Part shown: positions 8,230 through 15,767 of the stretch, piece by piece | Position numbering within the stretch: the first letter of the stretch is position 1 | Layout: each line of letters opens with the position of its first letter | Made by a program: the position numbers and the translations under genes | Assembly (NCBI GenBank): GCA_040752695.1 | Contig: JBFMGO010000109.1 | Span: forward strand, 1-20,353 | From: a bacterium | GTDB lineage: Bacteria > SZUA-182 > DTGQ01 | Length of the DNA stretch: 20,353 nt | Direction of reading: 5' to 3' | The notes under the pieces: generated by a model | What the model was told of the DNA's origin: nothing | Databases searched by the model: none | The model's input: only the letters and a program-made list of their open reading frames with translations

Positions 8230-9469
8230 TTTTGTTGATTTAAAATCCATAATGGCCAGCGCTGATGTTCACTGTACTTTTCAGTTTCTCGATTCTTCTT
8301 TTACTATCTGCACCAATCAGCTCGAATCTTTAGTCTACTTTCGTAAGATGTATGCTGACTTTTCTTCGCGAACCGACTTGGTACATGATGGACGGGGAGC
8401 CTACTATGTAATCAATGAGCCGGCGCTTTTGGCAAAGCCCTTTATCTATGCAGATGAAAGAATCTACTCCTGCCCGGCAATGGATATGCTGCCCGTATAT
8501 GCCTATTCGGTTATTACCAATTCCATCATCACCAGGATACAATCACATCTCATTTTCCATGCTGCGGCTGTGTCCTGGCAAGATCAGGGAATCGTTATCC
8601 TGGGTGACTCCTGTCAGGGTAAAAGCACCCTGACCCTGGAACTGATCAGGCGGGGATTTGCATTTCTGACCGATGATATGACCTGCCTTTGCCGGAAGGA
8701 TGGCCGGATCTACCCTTTCTCCAAAGCGCTTGGTTTGCGTCAGAGTGCGGTCGGTTTATTCAAAGGATTCAGCGAAAGCACGTTTGACCCTTCATGTGCA
8801 ATTCCCGGCAAGGGAAAACTATTCATGCACCTTACGGATATTCCTGAAGCTAAAGTCAGTAGCCCGTGTCTGCCACGATTCCTGATCTGTTTATCTCCAT
8901 GGCGGGGAGAAGAGTCTGGATATGAATCATCATATGCCCCTCCCTATGAAGCTCAAGGGAAATGGAGGAAAGACCGGGGCTCCCTTCAAGAGGATAAAAA
9001 AATTCTCTACCTGGGTGTAGACCGATGTGAAGATGGATTGATTGAGGGGCTTGGAGCTCTTCCTGGCGTGGAAAAGTGTGAAGTGCGAAAAGGGAGTCTA
9101 TTTCCTGTGATTGAGCTTTGTTGCAGGCGGGGAACGTTCCTGTTGCCGGAGATTGAAAATCTTTGCTCTCGGTATAAGGTCGCACTTATCCATATAGCGA
9201 AAAACGACAGGGGAAGTATCGATTATTTATGTGATCCGCACCTTGAGAGAATTCCAAAACCATTGGCACTGAGAAGGCTTCTTGGGGGCTTTCGAGGTGG
9301 ATGGACGGCATCGGTGCTCAAGGAGACCGATCGCGGTATTGCCCCTTTGGTATTCGAATTGGGTAAGATACTGCAAGGGATGGAATGCTATCGTATGGTT
9401 CCGGGGGAACTGGGGAAAATGGCTGATTTGCTCTGTGACCTGGCTGCCGGAAAAAGTGGCAGAGCATGA
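8222..9469 (+). CDS. HprK-related P-loop kinase (peptide Ser/Thr kinase-like)
   Basis: FHAAAV...ILGDSCQGKSTLT...FLTDD matches the HprK C-terminal domain pattern (His, Walker A, DD). It overlaps the rSAM stop codon by 8 nt. Confidence 0.8.
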   Translation: MVDFVDLKSIMASADVHCTFQFLDSSFTICTNQLESLVYFRKMYADFSSRTDLVHDGRGAYYVINEPALLAKPFIYADERIYSCPAMDMLPVYAYSVITNSIITRIQSHLIFHAAAVSWQDQGIVILGDSCQGKSTLTLELIRRGFAFLTDDMTCLCRKDGRIYPFSKALGLRQSAVGLFKGFSESTFDPSCAIPGKGKLFMHLTDIPEAKVSSPCLPRFLICLSPWRGEESGYESSYAPPYEAQGKWRKDRGSLQEDKKILYLGVDRCEDGLIEGLGALPGVEKCEVRKGSLFPVIELCCRRGTFLLPEIENLCSRYKVALIHIAKNDRGSIDYLCDPHLERIPKPLALRRLLGGFRGGWTASVLKETDRGIAPLVFELGKILQGMECYRMVPGELGKMADLLCDLAAGKSGRA

Positions 9470-9547
9470 GTACCACAGATCCGGCTGAGAGTATTTGGAA
9501 AGAATACTTAATAAGGATAATGATCATTATGGAAAAAGGATAAGGTT

Positions 9548-9850
9548 ATGAACGGGCAGAACGAAAAAGGTGACGAAATAAGCAAGAAAGCTCCCTGCCG
9601 GAAGGATTCTCTTATGCTCAGAGATCTTGATGAAGAGACCATCTTGTACGACCCTGATACCAGGCAAATTCACATCCTTAATAAGACTGCTTTTTTGGTC
9701 TGGCAACTCTGTGACGGCATGCATTCCATCGCAGATATGACGGCAGCCATTACCAGGACATGCTCTCTGACTCAAGGGGAAATAGACAGGATCGAGCATG
9801 ATGTCAGGTCCATAGTAAGTGATTTTGAAGCCCAGGGCATGGTGAAGTAA
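9548..9850 (+). CDS. Stand-alone PqqD family protein (RiPP recognition element)
   Basis: 100 aa; RDLDEETILYD...HILNKTAFLVWQLCDG..SIAD...DVRSIVSDFEAQGMV is the PqqD pattern. Confidence 0.88.
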   Translation: MNGQNEKGDEISKKAPCRKDSLMLRDLDEETILYDPDTRQIHILNKTAFLVWQLCDGMHSIADMTAAITRTCSLTQGEIDRIEHDVRSIVSDFEAQGMVK

Positions 9851-9983
9851 AAAATTCGGTTGAATGACGCGGCGTGAAGATCATAATGGGGGGGAGACTG
9901 CGCATATGGCAATTTTAAGATACGAGGAATACAGGATGCAAAGTAGAATGAATGAATTCAATCTGATAAAGGAGGAATAGGCA

Positions 9984-11588
9984 ATGAAAAGGCTTTCAGG
10001 AGAACCTTTGAGTTTGGTTCTTGGACTAACGACACTGGTCGTAGTGTTGACTGTATATATTCCACAGGCAATTTCCGGAACGATACTGGTACCCGGTGAT
10101 TATGCTACTATCCAGGATGCTGTGCATGCCGCTGTCAACGGTGATGAAATTGTGGTATCTCCGGGAATTTATTATGAGAATATTTCCATCCCTTCAAAAG
10201 ATATTACTATAAGAAGCACCAACCCGGACGATATCGATGTAGTACGAAATACCATAATCGATGGGAACAGAGCCCACAGTGTCGTTACTTTTACAGGAAA
10301 TAGTGCATGTCCCGCACTGAGGGGGTTTACCGTGAGAAATGGCCAAAGTATCTCCGGCGGTGGAATCGATTGTCATGCATTGGCATCACCGACAATTGCC
10401 GATTGCATTATTACGGGAAATGAATCTACCGGCGTTAACGGCATAGATGGCGGCGGCGGAATTTACTGCTACTATAAATGTAACCCGAATATCGAAAGAT
10501 GTATTATCAGCAATAATACGGCCAATAATAATGGCGGAGGCATTTATTGCACCGCTTCTTGTTCGCCGAAGATCATAAGATGCACTATCTCCGGAAATAC
10601 TGCTCTGGGCAACGTATATGGTGGTGGTGGAATCTATTGTGGATATTTTTGCACCTCATCAATCGTCAATTGTATTATTACGGAAAACTATACCTTGGCC
10701 TACGGTGGTGGAATCTATACCAAGACCGACTCTGCAGCCGCGAAGACTGAAATCGTCAATTGTACGGTTACCTTGAATTCAGCCGATGGAGGAGGAAAAA
10801 ATAACGGTGGCGGCCTCTTTTGCGCCTACAAGGGGACAACCGCCACCAATTGCATTTTCATTGATAACAGCAAGGGAGAAATCGGATACAGCGGTAACTA
10901 TACCGTTGCCCCCACAGTCACCTATTCTGCTGTCAAGGGAGGGTATTTTAGCGCTGACAACAGTAATATCGACCTTGTAGACCCCTTATTCATAGCCCCT
11001 GGTCCAGGGGGGGATTATCGCCTGAGGGCCGGCTCTCCCTGTATCGATAAAGGTACCAATGTTGATGCACCCAGGTACGATCTCAATGGCGAAATAAGAC
11101 CCCGGGATGGAGATGCTGATGGCCTGCCGGTCACTGACATGGGTGCGTATGAATACATCCCGTTCACCTTGATTGAGATGGATCAATTTTCAGCAGCAGC
11201 TTCGGGCGATCACATTACCATCACCTTTAGCACGCTGAGTGAAATCGACACCGCAGGCTTTTATATCTGGCGTACTCAGGCAGGCTGTGAAGAATATACC
11301 AGACTCAATCCTGTCATCATAGAGTCGATCGGCGGACCCGCTTTACATGCGGAGTACTCTTATGACGATGATACAGCCTCTCCCTCGGTTATGTATTATT
11401 ATCAACTGGAAGAGGTGGATAATAGAGGCTTGAGCACTTTCTTTGGTCCCATTAAGCCGGTCAGCCTCCAGGCAGATGCACCCCGTGTGGATTATCTGTG
11501 GGGATACGGGCAATTAAAAGACCTGCAATCCATGTTATGGGGCATTCAATATCCTGCTCATAACCTTTTTTCATATTATCTGTTTTGA
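9984..11588 (+). CDS. Secreted right-handed parallel beta-helix protein with choice-of-anchor Q-like segment and C-terminal Ig/FN3-like domain
   Basis: RBS AAGGAGG and signal peptide. VPGDYATIQDAV start motif, repeated GGGIYC...P.I..C.I..N units, DPLF...DYRLRAGSPCIDKG...DMGAYE, then FTLIEMDQFSA...FSTLSEIDTAGFYIWR...YYYQLEEVD. Confidence 0.85.
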   Translation: MKRLSGEPLSLVLGLTTLVVVLTVYIPQAISGTILVPGDYATIQDAVHAAVNGDEIVVSPGIYYENISIPSKDITIRSTNPDDIDVVRNTIIDGNRAHSVVTFTGNSACPALRGFTVRNGQSISGGGIDCHALASPTIADCIITGNESTGVNGIDGGGGIYCYYKCNPNIERCIISNNTANNNGGGIYCTASCSPKIIRCTISGNTALGNVYGGGGIYCGYFCTSSIVNCIITENYTLAYGGGIYTKTDSAAAKTEIVNCTVTLNSADGGGKNNGGGLFCAYKGTTATNCIFIDNSKGEIGYSGNYTVAPTVTYSAVKGGYFSADNSNIDLVDPLFIAPGPGGDYRLRAGSPCIDKGTNVDAPRYDLNGEIRPRDGDADGLPVTDMGAYEYIPFTLIEMDQFSAAASGDHITITFSTLSEIDTAGFYIWRTQAGCEEYTRLNPVIIESIGGPALHAEYSYDDDTASPSVMYYYQLEEVDNRGLSTFFGPIKPVSLQADAPRVDYLWGYGQLKDLQSMLWGIQYPAHNLFSYYLF

Positions 11589-11732
11589 TATACGATATCT
11601 GTCAACGGCCTTGTCCAGAATAGCCCTCTTCATGGAAAACGGATTGAAAAATTGTTCACACGATCATTCCGAAAGATAAGTCGACCGTATAATCAGTTCT
11701 ATTTATGTATGCAGCTTGACAGGCGACTGAAA

Positions 11733-11830
11733 TCCCCTTACCCCTTCCTATTCCTCCCCTTTGGGGAAAGTGGCCGGGTGAGCCCCCCTTAACCCTCTCT
11801 CCCCCCTTGGGGAGAGGGTGGGGTGAGGGT
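11733..11830. repeat. REP-like GC-rich palindromic repeats (two degenerate units)
   Basis: TTCCTCCCCTTTGGGGAAAGTGGCCGGGTGAG (11751-11782) and CTCTCTCCCCCCTTGGGGAGAGGGTGGGGTGAGGG (11795-11829), of the CCCTCTCCC..GGGAGAGGG..GGGTGAGGG hairpin type. Confidence 0.6.
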
Positions 11831-11949
11831 GTAGGATACTTTGATGGCCTGTTTGCCTGCCGGGTACTCTTTAGGGCAGACAAACAAGGGGATGCATTTT
11901 ACCTGTCAGGATGTAAGATCAGATTCAAAGAGCAGATTCGAAACCTGGT

Positions 11950-12519
11950 ATGAGTACAGAAAAGGTAATTCAGATCATGGAGGCCGGGCTCCTGTCGGCT
12001 AAAAAGGTGTGTCTTTCCATCAGTGGCTATAGCATGTATCCCCTGCTTCAGCCTGGGTCTAAGATCATGATATCCACTAATCTCTATCCTGACCGAATCC
12101 TCATCGGCGATATTGTGATTATTACCAGCCGAAACTATACCGGCATTGTGGCTCATCGAGTGATATGCATTCGCAGAAGGAAGGGAAAGCCGGTCCTGTT
12201 TATTACCAAGGGGGATGCGAACAGAAGCTTTGACAGAGCGATAGGCCCTGATCAGATATTGGGGAAAATCGTGACTATCTCAAAGGAGAATAAGTCCATA
12301 CATCTGTCCCGGTCCTACTGGCGAGCGGCAGGCGTTTTGATTGCCGTAAGTTCCGGTATCTGTGGCCTTGTGCATCAATGCATTGATACTTGTCTTTGCA
12401 TTGATCGCTGCAATTTTTCATGCGGTCTGGCAAGAACAAAAATCAGCCTGTGGGCTCACAGACTCACCAGCCATGCTCACCGCATTTTTTTACGGGCGAT
12501 TATCCTGCCCCTGCAATAG
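11950..12519 (+). CDS. S26/S24 family signal-peptidase-like protein (SipW/Sec11-type Ser-His), putative leader peptidase
   Basis: SGYSMYPLLQPG (catalytic Ser), GDIVI, VAHRVI (His) and FITKGDAN...D. No N-terminal membrane anchor precedes the Ser. Confidence 0.82.
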   Translation: MSTEKVIQIMEAGLLSAKKVCLSISGYSMYPLLQPGSKIMISTNLYPDRILIGDIVIITSRNYTGIVAHRVICIRRRKGKPVLFITKGDANRSFDRAIGPDQILGKIVTISKENKSIHLSRSYWRAAGVLIAVSSGICGLVHQCIDTCLCIDRCNFSCGLARTKISLWAHRLTSHAHRIFLRAIILPLQ

Positions 12520-12680
12520 TCCAAAAGCCTGAAATAGCGTCTATAGAGCCTGTAACACAGCGGTAAGAACTCACCTTCTGTTTTATACTCCAGTAATTTA
12601 CCTGATAGAGCCGATCTTTAAGGAGATGTCAACAAAGAGCCGGCATTCTCCTCATTGCTCGAAGAAATCATAAGAACAAG

Positions 12681-12699
12681 TATAACAATGTGTTATAAT
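12681..12699 (+). promoter_or_regulatory. Extended -10 promoter (TGnTATAAT) overlapped by an inverted repeat, upstream of rseC-rnfCD
   Basis: TGTTATAAT at 12691-12699. Perfect inverted repeat TATAACA-atg-TGTTATA at 12681-12697. Confidence 0.45.
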
Positions 12700-12721
12700 A
12701 TACAATACAAAGAGTTATCTT

Positions 12722-13129
12722 ATGAATGAAAATGGAGTAATCGTGGCCGTTTTTGGTTCTACGGCTCATGTTGAGATGGTTCGCAGTCCTGCATGCAGGA
12801 CATGCGGCCTGTGCACCTCATCGCTCGATGAAAAAAAAATGGTCGTCGAGGTTAAAACCGTACCCGGAGCCAAAGTGGGCGACCAGGTAGTGATAGAGAT
12901 TAAACCAGGCACGGTAATCAGCTCTGCAATCATACTGTATCTGATACCATTGGCGGGTTTGTTTTTTGGTGCAGTTTTGGGTGAGGCTTTTTTTCACCGG
13001 GAAGAAATGTCACTCCTGCTCGGCCTGGCTGGACTTGCCGGATCACTCGCCCTGGTTGTTGTGATTGACCGGAAGCTCAAGAAGAGCCAAAGATTTCAGC
13101 CGCGAATTGTGGAGGTCATGAAATCATGA
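12722..13129 (+). CDS. rseC: RseC/MucC family membrane protein
   Basis: MNENGVIV...RSPACRTCGLC...GAKVGDQVVIEI...AIILYLIPL with two hydrophobic helices. ATGA overlap with rnfC. Confidence 0.85.
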   Translation: MNENGVIVAVFGSTAHVEMVRSPACRTCGLCTSSLDEKKMVVEVKTVPGAKVGDQVVIEIKPGTVISSAIILYLIPLAGLFFGAVLGEAFFHREEMSLLLGLAGLAGSLALVVVIDRKLKKSQRFQPRIVEVMKS

Positions 13130-14481
13130 AAGTTTATACTTTTCGAAAAGGGGGGGTCCATGCCGAACCTGCGAAGGCACTGACTGCCAGCCTTCCTATC
13201 CGGCAGGCACCCTTGCCCCGTCGGGTCATCCTGCCCCTGGCCATGCACACAGGAGCGCCTGCTGTGCCAGTGGTTGAGCCAAAAGATCAGGTGAAAACCG
13301 GCCAGTTGATTGCCGAGGCCAGAGCGCAGTTCTCGGCCCCGGTCCATGCTTCCATCACCGGCAGGGTTGTGGCTCTTGAAAACCACATCCATCCCCTGGG
13401 AGGAGAACTCCCGGCCATTATCCTGGAAAGCGGCGGTGAGGACCATGATGAATGGGACCCTGCCATACGCCCTCATCTGGACTGGCGAACCCTCCCCTCC
13501 CACACCCTGCGGCAGATGATCAGGGATGCCGGTATTGTAGGTCTGGGAGGGGCGGCTTTTCCCACCCATATCAAGCTTACTCCCCCTGAGGGAAAGGGCG
13601 TAGAGATCCTTATAATAAACGGGGTGGAATGTGAGCCCTATCTGACTGCAGATCATCGTCTGATGCTGGAGCGGTCAAAACAGATCCTCCAGGGAGTGAG
13701 CATTCTTCAAAAAATTCTCGGGGTGAGTAAAACCTTTGTGGCCATTGAGGATAATAAGCCTGATGCCATTGACAGGATGGTTCTGGCATCGAAAGAGGCT
13801 GAAGATATCGGCCAGATGGCACCGGAAGTGGTCGCAGTAAGGACGAAGTATCCTCAGGGGTCGGAAAAACAACTGATTGAGGCTATTACCAAAAGGCAGG
13901 TGCCCATTGGCGGTTTGCCCCTCGATGTGGGAGTGGTAATTCAGAACGTGGGGACTGCGGCAGCGGTTGCAGAGGCAGTAATCAGGGGTGTTCCCCTGAT
14001 TCAGCGAGTGGTGACGGTAACGGGCCGCAATATCAGGCAGCCGGGAAATTTCCAGGTGAGAATCGGCACTCCGGTTGCTGATCTTATTGCCCTGGCTGGC
14101 GGATATTGGGGCAGGGCAAGGAAAATCATCATGGGTGGCCCCATGATGGGCGTGGCGGTCTTTACTGACCAGGTGCCGGTGATAAAGGGAACATCAGGCA
14201 TTTTAGTCCCACACGAGAAGGAGATCCGCGCTGAGCAGCCACGGCCCTGCATCCGCTGCGGCAAGTGCCTCAAGGTCTGTCCCATGCGACTTTTGCCGGG
14301 AAGGTTTATCGATTTCATCGAAGGCAAAGAGCTTGATGAAGCTCAAAAGAAACATATTTTCAATTGCATGGAGTGCGGGGCCTGTACCTATGTCTGTCCG
14401 GCACACCGGCCAATCGTGCAATGGGTCAAATTCGGTAAGGCGCAGATTCGGCGAAAGAAAACGCAACGAGTGCAAAAATAA
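13126..14481 (+). CDS. rnfC: Rnf electron transport complex subunit C
   Basis: FRKGGVH, HTGAPA, AGIVGLGGAAFPTHIKL, NGVECEPYLTAD, KYPQGSEKQL and MGGPMMG. Two 4Fe-4S motifs, CIRCGKCLKVCP and CMECGACTYVCP. Confidence 0.95.
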   Translation: MKVYTFRKGGVHAEPAKALTASLPIRQAPLPRRVILPLAMHTGAPAVPVVEPKDQVKTGQLIAEARAQFSAPVHASITGRVVALENHIHPLGGELPAIILESGGEDHDEWDPAIRPHLDWRTLPSHTLRQMIRDAGIVGLGGAAFPTHIKLTPPEGKGVEILIINGVECEPYLTADHRLMLERSKQILQGVSILQKILGVSKTFVAIEDNKPDAIDRMVLASKEAEDIGQMAPEVVAVRTKYPQGSEKQLIEAITKRQVPIGGLPLDVGVVIQNVGTAAAVAEAVIRGVPLIQRVVTVTGRNIRQPGNFQVRIGTPVADLIALAGGYWGRARKIIMGGPMMGVAVFTDQVPVIKGTSGILVPHEKEIRAEQPRPCIRCGKCLKVCPMRLLPGRFIDFIEGKELDEAQKKHIFNCMECGACTYVCPAHRPIVQWVKFGKAQIRRKKTQRVQK

Positions 14482-14555
14482 TTACAGCCAAAGTATAATA
14501 ATAAACCGGCTGATCAAACGAATGGTCATATGACCCGAAAGCCCCTTTTGGCATT

Positions 14556-15500
14556 ATGGCAAAAGATGAAGAAAATATCCTCGAGGTAAGTATCTCTCCT
14601 CATATTCATGCCGGAGTTGATACGGGAACCATAATGCGCGACGTTCTTCTGGCGTTGGCCGTGCCTGGTTGCGCTTCAATCTACTTCTTTGGCCTGTCTG
14701 CCTTTTGGCTGATTCTGGTCAGCAGTCTGACAGCTTTGGTTACGGAGTGGGTGTTTCAAAAGCTGACTCGGCGCAAGATCCGTATCCAGGATCTGAGCTG
14801 CCTGGTCACAGGAGTATTGTTGGCCTTTTGTGTACCACCCGGTTTGCCTCTTTGGACTATGGCTGTGGGCTCGATGTTCTCCATTTTGGTAGGCAAAGAG
14901 CTGTTCGGAGGGATCGGTTATAATGTGTTCAATCCAGCCCTGGTGGGACGGGCCATCCTGCTGGCCTCCTGGCCGGTGGGAATGACGAGTTGGAGGCAGC
15001 CTTTGCGAATGATCACCGGGCCAGTCGATGCCATCAGTTCAGCCACACCGCTGTCGAACGCCAAACTGTCGGGAATATTCACTCCCTTCAAGGACCTGCT
15101 GCTGGGGCAGGTCAGCGGCTCTTTGGGGGAGACTTCAGCCCTTTCTCTGCTCATAGGTGCAGTCTACCTGTTTTACCGCAGAGTGATCGACTGGCGGATA
15201 CCCGTAAGTTACTTGGCAGCCGTGAGTGCTCTGGCTTGGCTGCTGAGGCAGGACCCCGTCTTTCACCTGTTGAGTGGAGGGCTTTTCCTCGGAGCCTTCT
15301 TCATGGCTACAGACTATACGACTTCACCCATTACGCCTCGGGGAAAATTGATCTTTGGTGCAGGCTGTGGCCTTATCACCGTGCTCATCCGCCTCTATGG
15401 AGGGTTTCCGGAAGGGGTTTGCTATGCGATTCTTTTCATGAATTCCCTCACTCCTCTCATCGAGCAATTCACCGAGCCCCGTCCCTACGGGAAGGTGTAG
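14556..15500 (+). CDS. rnfD: Rnf electron transport complex subunit D
   Basis: SPHIH...IMRDVLLAL, KELFGGIGYNVFNPALVGRA, flavinylation-type SSATPL, GSLGETS, FFMATDYTTSP and PEGVCYAILFMN. Confidence 0.95.
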   Translation: MAKDEENILEVSISPHIHAGVDTGTIMRDVLLALAVPGCASIYFFGLSAFWLILVSSLTALVTEWVFQKLTRRKIRIQDLSCLVTGVLLAFCVPPGLPLWTMAVGSMFSILVGKELFGGIGYNVFNPALVGRAILLASWPVGMTSWRQPLRMITGPVDAISSATPLSNAKLSGIFTPFKDLLLGQVSGSLGETSALSLLIGAVYLFYRRVIDWRIPVSYLAAVSALAWLLRQDPVFHLLSGGLFLGAFFMATDYTTSPITPRGKLIFGAGCGLITVLIRLYGGFPEGVCYAILFMNSLTPLIEQFTEPRPYGKV

Positions 15501-15669
15501 GGAACTTGCCCGCGCTCCCACACAAGGAGGGTGGATGGCTGCCAGGCTGTTCGTCTAAGAGCCTTTCTTGGTTTGTCTGCGCTCTCAAGGGGGGTGCCTC
15601 CTTCGGGTCGCCCGGTACATCTCGCCTGGCATATCTTGTCTGGCACATCGTGAGCCGGTCTATTTTTCA

Positions 15670-15698
15670 TTGATCGAGCAGGCAATGTTTAGTACTAT
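15670..15698 (+). promoter_or_regulatory. Sigma-70-type promoter upstream of the glucan dikinase gene
   Basis: TTGATC (15670-15675), 17-nt spacer, TACTAT (15693-15698). Confidence 0.5.
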
Positions 15699-15767
15699 TA
15701 TCATAACCTGAGAAACCTGCTCAGGCAATGATGACTGCTACGCACACTCAATGAGGAGAACCTGGCC

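Noticed and set aside
9466..9543. 25-aa ORF MSTTDPAESIWKEYLIRIMIIMEKG coupled to the kinase stop (ATGA)
   Set aside because: No Cys, leader motif or similarity to the precursor; probably incidental.
6157..9850. Lasso peptide cluster interpretation (YxxP leader, kinase, PqqD)
   Set aside because: No asparagine-synthetase-like cyclase or transglutaminase-like B2 protease is in the window, and the proposed core has no Asp/Glu for a macrolactam.
15641..15655. TGGCACATCGTGAGC as a third sigma-54 promoter
   Set aside because: GG-N10-GC spacing is right, but the -12 box is GAGC rather than TTGC, and a good sigma-70 match lies just downstream.
14990..15673. 227-aa alternative-frame ORF as a possible rnfG
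   Set aside because: It overlaps rnfD in another frame and lacks the N-terminal TM helix and the S/T-GAT flavinylation motif.
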